A stretch of 64,000 nucleotides of DNA from Betaproteobacteria bacterium (GTDB taxonomy: Bacteria; Pseudomonadota; Gammaproteobacteria; Burkholderiales; Burkholderiaceae_C): positions 42,941 to 106,940 of the forward strand of contig JAYSYH010000109.1 in the NCBI GenBank assembly GCA_043716645.1. Reading direction: 5' to 3'. Positions 56,695 to 64,000 of the stretch are shown piece by piece (the stretch's first letter is position 1; the number at the start of each line of letters is the position of its first letter). Both the position numbers and the translations under genes were made by a program. Below the pieces are notes generated by a model. The model searched no databases and was not told the DNA's origin. It was given only the letters and a program-made list of their open reading frames with translations.

Positions 56695-57582
56695 ATGCAC
56701 AACAGCTCCGTCCCTATGAACGCGCCCGACCGAAGCCTTTTGGCCTCTTACCTGCCCTTGTTCCTGCTGGGCCTGGGCTGGGCGGCCATGTTCGGCCCGG
56801 CCTACGTCGGCCTGGCCAACACCATCTGGGCCAGTGACTCCAACGGCCACGGGCCGATCATCCTGGCCGTCAGCGTGTGGCTGATGTGGCGCAAGAAAGA
56901 AGAACTGCTGGCGTTGAAGCGCGAGCCGGCCACCATCACCGCATCAGCGCTGTTGCTGCTGTCGGCCCTGATGTACGTGGTGGGGCGTTCGCAAACCGTC
57001 TGGACGCTGGAGATCGCGGCGCAAAACCTGGCCGTGGTGTCGCTGCTGCTGTTTTTCTTCGGCTGGCAGGGCGTGAAGACGGCCTGGTTTCCGCTGTTCT
57101 TCCTGATCTTCATGATCCCCTGGCCCGGCGACTGGATCGACGCCGTCACCGGCCCGCTGAAAGCTGCCGTGTCGTCGGTGGCCGCCACCCTGCTGTACGC
57201 GCTGGGCTACCCGGTCGGCCGTTCCGGCGTGATCCTGACCGTGGGGCCCTACCAGTTGCTGGTGGCCGACGCCTGCGCCGGCCTGAACAGCCTGTTCACG
57301 CTGGAAGCGCTGGGCCTGCTGTACCTGAACCTGATGAACTACACGTCGGCCCTGCGCAACGTGATGCTGGCCATCCTGATCGTGCCCATTTCCTTCGCCG
57401 CCAATGTCGCGCGGGTCATCATCCTGGTGCTGGTCACCTACCACTTCGGCGACGAAGCCGGCCAGGGCTTCGTGCACGACTTCGCCGGGATGGTGCTGTT
57501 CATGGTCGCCCTGGTGCTGATCCTGTTCACCGACACGCTGCTGAGCCTGTTTTTCAAGAAGGTGCTGCGCCGTGAAGCCTGA
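56695..57582 (+). CDS. xrtB: Exosortase B (EpsH)
   Basis: HGPIIL, multiple TMs, catalytic motifs VADACAGLNSL, NVARV, HDFAG; lies between epsG and epsI. Confidence 0.93.
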   Translation: MHNSSVPMNAPDRSLLASYLPLFLLGLGWAAMFGPAYVGLANTIWASDSNGHGPIILAVSVWLMWRKKEELLALKREPATITASALLLLSALMYVVGRSQTVWTLEIAAQNLAVVSLLLFFFGWQGVKTAWFPLFFLIFMIPWPGDWIDAVTGPLKAAVSSVAATLLYALGYPVGRSGVILTVGPYQLLVADACAGLNSLFTLEALGLLYLNLMNYTSALRNVMLAILIVPISFAANVARVIILVLVTYHFGDEAGQGFVHDFAGMVLFMVALVLILFTDTLLSLFFKKVLRREA

Positions 57583-58264
57583 CGTGCTGCGCGCTGCGCT
57601 GGTGGCGTTGGCGATGGTCTGCGCGTCGGCGATTGCGATTGCAATCACGCCGCGCAACTTCATGTCCGACCAGTACCCGCGCGAGAAGCTGGCCGACATC
57701 GTGCCGCGCAACTTTGGTGACTGGCAGGTCGATACCTCCATCGTCCCGGTGCCACCCAGCCCCGACCAGCAGCAGGTCATCGACGAAACCTACGACGAAA
57801 CTCTGGCGCTGACCTACCGCAACCGCCAGGGCCAACGCGTGATGCTGTCATTGGCCTACGGCCGCAACCAGCACAAGGGCATGAACACGCACCGGCCCGA
57901 GATCTGCTACCCCGCGCAGGGCTTCAAGGTGCTGAAGGGCTCGATGAGCGGCACGTTGCCCTACGCCGGCCGCAACATTGAGGTGACGCGGCTGGTGGCT
58001 GGTGCTGGCGCGCGCAATGAACCCATCACCTACTGGCTGCTGGTGGGTGACCAGATCACGCATTTCGGCTACGCGCAGCGCGAAGTGGCCATCAGCTATG
58101 GCCTGCGCGGCACCATCCCCGACGGCGTGCTGGTTCGGGTGTCGTCCATCGACGCCGACAACGCGGCTGCATTCCGCCTGCAGGACCGATTCATCCAGGA
58201 CTTGCTCTCGGCAGTCGCGCCGGCCAAGCGTGCTCGCCTTCTGGGTTCGCCTAGCCAGACGTGA
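57572..58264 (+). CDS. epsI: Exosortase-associated EpsI protein
   Basis: P..FGDW, VMLSLAYG, HRPEICYPAQGF, EPITYW, PDGVLVRVSSI. Confidence 0.92.
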   Translation: MKPDVLRAALVALAMVCASAIAIAITPRNFMSDQYPREKLADIVPRNFGDWQVDTSIVPVPPSPDQQQVIDETYDETLALTYRNRQGQRVMLSLAYGRNQHKGMNTHRPEICYPAQGFKVLKGSMSGTLPYAGRNIEVTRLVAGAGARNEPITYWLLVGDQITHFGYAQREVAISYGLRGTIPDGVLVRVSSIDADNAAAFRLQDRFIQDLLSAVAPAKRARLLGSPSQT

Positions 58265-58289
58265 TGGGTAACAGCCTCAAGAGCTTCGA

Positions 58290-58979
58290 GTGAGCAAGAA
58301 CTTGACCCTCCAGCGTTTGCTCGTTCCCAGCAAATATCCTGGGTACTTGCGGACTGTCTTTATGCGAACGTTTGGGCGCTGGCGCCTGAGGCGTCTTGGC
58401 GTCGATTTCGGAAGCCAACTGGTCCTTTATAGAAATCCGATAGTTAGCGCAATGACGAGAGGCAATATTAGCCTGGGCAGTCGGGTGATTTTGTGCTCTA
58501 ACAGTCGCAACACGGCTCTTGGGGTGGGTAGGCCTGTCATCTTTCGCACTTTGGCAGAGATTGGCCGAATCAAGATTGGCGACGATTGTGGATTTTCGGG
58601 TACGGTGATCTGTGCTGCTATCTCGGTTAGCGTAGGCGCGCGGTGCCTTTTCGGCGCGGACACGATGATCGTGGATACGGATTTCCATCCTGTCGATCCT
58701 ACCGGGCGAAGTGCGGCCTCGATTTCCGAATCACGCAGTGAAGCCGTTGTCATTGGCGACGATGTTTTTGTTGGTGCTCGAGCCGTCATCCTGAAGGGCG
58801 TGTCAGTGGGTGAGGGCGCTGTGATCGGTGCCGGTTCTGTTATCACCTCAAATGTGCCTTCGTTTTCAGTTGTGGCCGGGAACCCGGCTAGAGTTATTGC
58901 AAATGACACTCGTCTTGCTGCTTACAAAAGGTCTGTGCAACAGTCTGCTTCGAATAGCTGCCGAGCGATGCAATCGTGA
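58290..58979 (+). CDS. Hexapeptide-repeat O-acyltransferase
   Basis: IGDDCGFSG, DTDFH, VIGDDVFVGARAVILKGVSVG..AVIGAGSV, VAGNPARVI; visibly AT-richer than its flanks. Confidence 0.88.
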   Translation: MSKNLTLQRLLVPSKYPGYLRTVFMRTFGRWRLRRLGVDFGSQLVLYRNPIVSAMTRGNISLGSRVILCSNSRNTALGVGRPVIFRTLAEIGRIKIGDDCGFSGTVICAAISVSVGARCLFGADTMIVDTDFHPVDPTGRSAASISESRSEAVVIGDDVFVGARAVILKGVSVGEGAVIGAGSVITSNVPSFSVVAGNPARVIANDTRLAAYKRSVQQSASNSCRAMQS

Positions 58980-60301
58980 GCCAAGTCAGACCTCTGGGAG
59001 TGGCACAAGCGCCGACTAACGCGCGGTCTCCGCAAACAGATATTGCTTTTTCAGAAGGGCGAAACCGACAATTTCTGCCCATGCACATCGGTATCGCTGC
59101 ACCCATAGCAACCCAGCATGTTCGGCACTTATTGGATAGATCGTCGACAGTCCTTCCTGAAGGGTATGCCGGCGCACCAATTACAGGTGCTTTGATTGAG
59201 CAGTTGATCGCTTCGGGGAATCGTGTCAGCGCCTACACTTTGTCTGCAGACATGCCCGCAGACGGCCCACGTTCCGTGGTCGCGCAAGGCCCTAACTTTA
59301 GCATCGAGTATTGCGCCATGCGTCCTCGCGCGTGGCGTCCGAATGGCTGGCGCTTGGGTCGCATCCTCGACCTGTATGCCTTCGAACGGCGGGGGTTAGA
59401 GGCCGCGATCGCGCGAGCTCAGCCCGATGTTGTGCATGCCCACTGGGCGTACGAATTCGCCTGGGCGGGTTTGCGCAGCGGCAGGCCCTGCCTAGTAACC
59501 AGTCACGATTCGCCGTTCACCATCGCCCGTTACTACAAAGGCTTCACCCTGGGCGGCTACCGCTGGTTGCGCGCCTTCATGGCCTGGCATGTGCTACGCC
59601 AAGCGCGCGCGGCGAGCACTGTTTCGCCGTACATGGCCGAGCAAATCCAGCATCTGTGCCGCGTACCCGTACAGGTTGTTCCAAATCTTATCGGTGACCA
59701 AGTGTTCGCACTCGAACGAGTACGAGAACCAGGCCGGTGTCGCGTGCTGATGGTTTGCAATGGCTGGAGCGCGTACAAGAACCCTGAGCCGGCCTTGCGC
59801 GCTTTCGCTGCCGTGGCCCTGCGCATGCCCGACGCTGAACTCGTCGTGCTGGGCCACGACTTCGGGCTGGGCGAGCGGGGCGAGCAATGGTGGCGCGGCC
59901 AAGGCTTGCAAGGTCGTGTGCGTTTCATCGGCGCGGTGAGCTACCCCCAGGTCTTGCAGTGGATGGCGCAGAGCGACTTGCTGCTGCATCCCTCCCTTGA
60001 GGAATCTTTCGGCGCCGCCATTGCCGAGGCCATGGCCGTGGGCCTGCCGGTGGTGGCTGGGCAGGCCAGCGGCGCAGTGCCCTGGGTGGTGGGGGCGCAT
60101 GGCCGTTTGGTCGATGTGAACGTTTCCGCAGCCATGGCCGCAGCCATATTGGAGTTGTTGGCCGACCCTGCGTTGCGCGAGACCCTGGGGCAAGCAGGGC
60201 GCGCCTCCATCGCCAGCCGTTTTTCGGCCTCCGCAGTGGCGGCGCAGTACCTGGCCCTTTATGCCCAGGTCAGGGCGAACGCTGCCGCGGTGCCGGCTTG
60301 A
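58976..60301 (+). CDS. Glycosyltransferase family 4
   Basis: PDVVHAHW, KN, PSLEESFGAAIAEAMAVGLPVV (EX7E). The start may instead be ATG 59081. Confidence 0.9.
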   Translation: MSQVRPLGVAQAPTNARSPQTDIAFSEGRNRQFLPMHIGIAAPIATQHVRHLLDRSSTVLPEGYAGAPITGALIEQLIASGNRVSAYTLSADMPADGPRSVVAQGPNFSIEYCAMRPRAWRPNGWRLGRILDLYAFERRGLEAAIARAQPDVVHAHWAYEFAWAGLRSGRPCLVTSHDSPFTIARYYKGFTLGGYRWLRAFMAWHVLRQARAASTVSPYMAEQIQHLCRVPVQVVPNLIGDQVFALERVREPGRCRVLMVCNGWSAYKNPEPALRAFAAVALRMPDAELVVLGHDFGLGERGEQWWRGQGLQGRVRFIGAVSYPQVLQWMAQSDLLLHPSLEESFGAAIAEAMAVGLPVVAGQASGAVPWVVGAHGRLVDVNVSAAMAAAILELLADPALRETLGQAGRASIASRFSASAVAAQYLALYAQVRANAAAVPA

Positions 60302-60322
60302 GCATCCGGAAAGCCTGAAACC

Positions 60323-61708
60323 ATGGAAGTCCTCTTTCTTCTCATTAGCCTGGTGCCCTATGCCATGGTCGCTGGCCTGGGGCTGGCCTTGCCCCTGCTG
60401 TTTCTGGGCGCTTACAACCGCTTCGGCGTGGGCCTGAGCCTGATCGCCGCCACCGCCGTGCTGGAAACCCTCAACCAGTCGCAACCCATCCTGCGCATCG
60501 GCCTGACGCTCTACACCCCCGACGTGCCGATGCTGGTGATCGGTGCTGCTGCGGGCCTGCGTTGGCTGCGGCGCGACGATGTGCCGCGCCGCCACCCCGC
60601 CTGGGTCTTGCTGGCCCTTGTTTTCTTCGCCGATCTGGCCATCGGCCTGGGCCGCCATGGCACCACGGCCGGCGTGCAGGCACGCCCTGAGTACTACGCG
60701 ATCGCGGCCGCCACCTACGCGATGAGCTTCCCCCTGGCGGCGCGCCAAGTGCGCCAACTGGTGACGGCCTTGACTGCCATGGCGGTAGCCTTGCTGCTGC
60801 TCAGCGTCTATCGCTGGGTTGTCTATTACACGCCCATCGACGAACTGCTGCCACCGGGCGGCGTCTACAACGTCGATGGCGCGAGCCGCGTCATCGGTTC
60901 CCAGTCCGCGATGATCCTGGCCAACGTGTTGGTTGTGGGCTTGTTCTTTGCCAGCAAAGGCGGGCTGGGTACGGCGGCGCGCTGGCTGTCGCCTTTACTG
61001 CTGTCGGGTGTGGTGGTGCTGCAGCACCGTTCGGTGTGGTTGGCCGTTCTCATGGGCGTGTTGCTCAGCATCCTGCTGGCCCGTACCCAGCGGGCGCCCC
61101 TTTGGCAGCAATTGGCCATTACCGTTCTGGTGGCCACCACCGCCATCGCCCCGGTCTTCCTCAGCAACACGATTTCAGAGCAGGTGCAAACCTCCATCTC
61201 GCGCGGGGCCGCCGGCCAAGGCACCGTGGATGCGCGTTTCGCGAACTGGCGTTCGACCATCGACCTGTGGCTGGCTGACGGGCCTCGGGCCATCGCCATG
61301 GGCCGAGAATTGGGGTCTGACACCGCGCGCCTGATCGACACGGAAAAAGGCACCCTGCGCATTACCTTCAATGCCCACAACCAGTACGTCAGCGCGCTGA
61401 CCAACTTGGGCGTGCTGGGCTTCGGCGCGATGTTGTGGGTGTTCGGCTATGTGTCTGTGGGTCTCTGGCGCCTGTGCGCGAAGGCCGATGAAGACACGCC
61501 AGTGTCGGCGCTGTTGCTGGTCTTGATCGGGATGGAACTGACCTACTACGTGGCTTACACGGTGGACTACACGCAGTATCTGGTGCTGGGCGTCGCGGTG
61601 GCCTGGGTGGCTGGACACCAGCGAACAGGTCCGCAGGGGGTTGCCAGCAAGGCGGCCACGAAGGCGGCCGGCGGTGCACACGGCCTGCGTGGCAGTCCCG
61701 GGGCATGA
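60323..61708 (+). CDS. O-antigen ligase/Wzy-like membrane protein
   Basis: About 12 TMs, RSVWLA, periplasmic loop 'R..NW...I....G', AHNQYV..L..LGVLG. Confidence 0.78.
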   Translation: MEVLFLLISLVPYAMVAGLGLALPLLFLGAYNRFGVGLSLIAATAVLETLNQSQPILRIGLTLYTPDVPMLVIGAAAGLRWLRRDDVPRRHPAWVLLALVFFADLAIGLGRHGTTAGVQARPEYYAIAAATYAMSFPLAARQVRQLVTALTAMAVALLLLSVYRWVVYYTPIDELLPPGGVYNVDGASRVIGSQSAMILANVLVVGLFFASKGGLGTAARWLSPLLLSGVVVLQHRSVWLAVLMGVLLSILLARTQRAPLWQQLAITVLVATTAIAPVFLSNTISEQVQTSISRGAAGQGTVDARFANWRSTIDLWLADGPRAIAMGRELGSDTARLIDTEKGTLRITFNAHNQYVSALTNLGVLGFGAMLWVFGYVSVGLWRLCAKADEDTPVSALLLVLIGMELTYYVAYTVDYTQYLVLGVAVAWVAGHQRTGPQGVASKAATKAAGGAHGLRGSPGA

Positions 61709-62613
61709 CGCCATTGGCGGCTCCCGCGCGGCGCCGGCTTTATGCTGTGCTGACCTGCTTCAACCGCCGCGAAAAGACCCTGGCCTGCCTGGAGGCGCTG
61801 CAGGCCAGCGGCCGGGGTGCCGAAGGCCTGGAGCTCCAGGCCGTTCTGGTTGACGACGGCAGCACGGATGGCACAGCGGCCGCTGTTCGCCTGCACTTTC
61901 CCTGGGTCGAGGTCGTGCAGGCCGAGGGTGACCTGTACTGGTGCCGGGGCATGCACCGCGCCATCGTCGTGGCGATGGCGCGCACCCCCGACTTCCTGCT
62001 CTGGCTCAACGACGACACCTTCATCGAGCGCGACGCCCTTTCCCGTCTGCTGGCCTGCCATGACGATCTGCTGCGCCAGCGCGGGCAAGCCGCAATCGTG
62101 GTCGGCAGCACGCGTGACAGCCAAGCCGGCCATGTGACCTACGGCGGCGAACGCCGGCCGTCGCCCTGGCGGCCGGCTCGATTCACGAAGGTTCAACCGC
62201 AGCCCCAAGCGCTGCCTGTCGATACCTTCGACGGCAACATCGTCTTGATCGATCGGTCGGTTGCTGCCCGGGTCGGTAACCTGGACCCCGCCTTCGAACA
62301 TGCCATGGGCGACATCGACTATGGCTTGCGTGCCCGCAAGCTGGGGGTCGAGCTCTGGCTAGCGCCCGGGTGGCACGGCGTTTGCGAGACCAATCCCATC
62401 ACTGGCACGTTTCTCGACCCCGCTTTGCCCTGGCGGCGCCGCTGGCAATTGATGATGACCCGCAAGGGCCTGCCACCGCGTTCGTGGTGGCACTTCAACC
62501 GCCGGCATTCGGGTCTGCTGGGGCCCCTGGCCTTTGTCTGGCCTTACCTGCGCACATTCACGCTGCGCAGCCCTACGGCCATCAAGCGGGCAGCTGCGCG
62601 GCCGACACCCTGA
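61705..62613 (+). CDS. Glycosyltransferase family 2
   Basis: LTCFNRR, VDDGSTDGT, WLNDD, GN.VLI, GDIDYG. Confidence 0.9.
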   Translation: MTPLAAPARRRLYAVLTCFNRREKTLACLEALQASGRGAEGLELQAVLVDDGSTDGTAAAVRLHFPWVEVVQAEGDLYWCRGMHRAIVVAMARTPDFLLWLNDDTFIERDALSRLLACHDDLLRQRGQAAIVVGSTRDSQAGHVTYGGERRPSPWRPARFTKVQPQPQALPVDTFDGNIVLIDRSVAARVGNLDPAFEHAMGDIDYGLRARKLGVELWLAPGWHGVCETNPITGTFLDPALPWRRRWQLMMTRKGLPPRSWWHFNRRHSGLLGPLAFVWPYLRTFTLRSPTAIKRAAARPTP

Positions 62614-62668
62614 ACCTGAATGGCTGCGCCCTGGTTGCGCAGCGCCCTCATACCTTGCCAGGCCCGTC

Positions 62669-63454
62669 ATGAACCCCAAGCTCAAGTCCGTGTTGCGTCC
62701 ACTGGTCCGGGTGCTGCGCATTCCATTGCGACTGATCGGTTTCGATGTGGTGCAGGCGGCGACCCTGCGCCATTTGCCGCGCTACCTGGCCGACCGCGCC
62801 GCTTTTCGTCGGGCCGGTGGCCGCATCACGCAGACCTTCCCGGTGCTGGAGGACTACAGCGCCCACGCCGGTTCGGCCAGTGGCCACTACTTTCACCAAG
62901 ACCTGCTCGTGGCCGGCCTCGTCCACAAGGCGGCGCCTCGGCGCCATGTCGATGTCGGCAGCCGCATCGACGGTTTCGTGGCCCACGTGGCCAGTTATCG
63001 CGCCATCGAGATCATCGACATCCGGCCCATGCCGGGTCTGGTGCACGGGCAGATCACCTTCCTTCAGGGCGACCTGATGCAACTGGACGAGCGCCTGACG
63101 GGTCTTTGCGATTCTCTCAGTTGCCTGCACGCCCTGGAGCATTTCGGGCTGGGACGCTACGGCGACCCGATAGACCCCGAAGGACACCTGAAAGGCTTTG
63201 CCAACCTGCATCGCATGCTCGAGCCGGGCGGTACCCTCTACCTATCTTTCCCGGTCGGCGTTGCGGCCGTGCATTTCAACGCTCAGCGCGTATTCGACCC
63301 TGCAGAAGTGCTGCGCTGGTGCGAAGGGCGTTTCGAGTTGCAGCAGTTTCACTGTGTCGATGACCAAGGCGATTTGCAGCTGAATGCTGCCATCGACCAA
63401 GCCTGCAAGCTGCGCTACGGTTGTGGCATCTTCGTACTGCGCAAATTGGCGTGA
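62669..63454 (+). CDS. DUF268-like / SAM-dependent methyltransferase-like protein
   Basis: HYFHQDL.VA, HVDVGSRIDGFVAH, DSLSCLHALEHFGLGRYGDPIDP, LEPGG.LY, FNAQRVF; start at ATG 62669. Confidence 0.75.
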   Translation: MNPKLKSVLRPLVRVLRIPLRLIGFDVVQAATLRHLPRYLADRAAFRRAGGRITQTFPVLEDYSAHAGSASGHYFHQDLLVAGLVHKAAPRRHVDVGSRIDGFVAHVASYRAIEIIDIRPMPGLVHGQITFLQGDLMQLDERLTGLCDSLSCLHALEHFGLGRYGDPIDPEGHLKGFANLHRMLEPGGTLYLSFPVGVAAVHFNAQRVFDPAEVLRWCEGRFELQQFHCVDDQGDLQLNAAIDQACKLRYGCGIFVLRKLA

Positions 63455-63494
63455 AGCCCGCGCCGCCGGATGAATCTGCCAGTTGTGGGCTCTA

Positions 63495-64000
63495 CTACCG
63501 CGCGTAGGGGTTTACTGGCAGCTTCTGTACCGTGAACCCGTCGGCTTCCAAGGCCGCCAGCAAGGCTCGCGCCGGCATACCCTTGAAGACAATGACGCTG
63601 GCCAGGCCCCAGGCCAGCAGACCCAGCCGGGCCAACCCGTCTTGAACCGCCACACCCGCGCGCGTCAGCACATGCCCCCGCGTCCAGCCTTCGGCGCGTT
63701 CGCCCCCCAGGCCGGGCATGTAGAAGTCATTGAACTGGCGGTAGGCGATGCAGGCTTCGCCCACGGCGGTCATCAGGTTCGCAATCTCCTGGATGTTCAA
63801 TCTGTAGATGAAGTTCCCTGCCGGTTCGAAACGGGTTTCGGTGTCGCCGCGCACCACGCGCTTCACCAGGGTCTTCAAACCGTCCAGCACGCGCCCGCCC
63901 TCGACGGGTTCGATCAGCAACACGCCCACGCGGGCTACGCGCAGCATCTCGTACAGCGCGATGGGCGGCCGAGGAAAGTGGTGGTAGGCCTCTTTGCACA
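63495..64000 (-). CDS. Class I SAM-dependent methyltransferase (5' end outside the window)
   Basis: Frame open to the window edge: 'CKEAYHHFPRPPIALYEMLRVAR..VLLIEP', a methyltransferase post-II-like pattern. Confidence 0.75.
   Translation of the reverse strand, partial: CKEAYHHFPRPPIALYEMLRVARVGVLLIEPVEGGRVLDGLKTLVKRVVRGDTETRFEPAGNFIYRLNIQEIANLMTAVGEACIAYRQFNDFYMPGLGGERAEGWTRGHVLTRAGVAVQDGLARLGLLAWGLASVIVFKGMPARALLAALEADGFTVQKLPVNPYAR

Overview
High-GC betaproteobacterial chromosome segment, probably Burkholderiales (Rubrivivax/Ideonella-like; inferred from gene content and order only). Left to right: (1) a TonB-dependent receptor (3'-truncated by the window edge) divergent from a ~10 kb co-directional cluster of Tat-exported amidase, PQQ/sorbosone-type dehydrogenase, diheme cytochrome c, NMT1/THI5-type ABC importer, isoxanthopterin-deaminase-like amidohydrolase and eutBC, followed by a decayed MCP remnant. 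(2) Housekeeping genes lpxC, degS-like, nif3, pdxA, DUF1631, mscL, petABC, sspAB, tRNA-Thr, dciA-like and secA. (3) A ~10 kb accessory block between secA and argJ: GT41/TPR glycosyltransferase, S8 subtilase, two PEP-CTERM proteins and two small Cys-containing secreted proteins. (4) argJ, an MFS transporter, ugpBAECQ, a large FAD/4Fe-4S oxidoreductase, a third PEP-CTERM gene, DUF971 and ubiE. (5) The start of a PEP-CTERM/exosortase-B EPS locus (epsDEFG, xrtB, epsI, acyltransferase, GT4, O-antigen-ligase-like protein, GT2, two methyltransferase-like genes). Best leads: EpsG carries an N-terminal 24+5+24 MshEN-like (c-di-GMP-binding) module and lacks the usual BY-kinase tyrosine tail; the secA-argJ block looks like a surface protease/glycoprotein module; an ABC ATPase probably starts at CTG; and a candidate organic-nitrogen scavenging locus has sigma54-like sites. 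No CRISPR array, integrase, transposase or rRNA was seen. All family calls come from motif recognition, not database searches.
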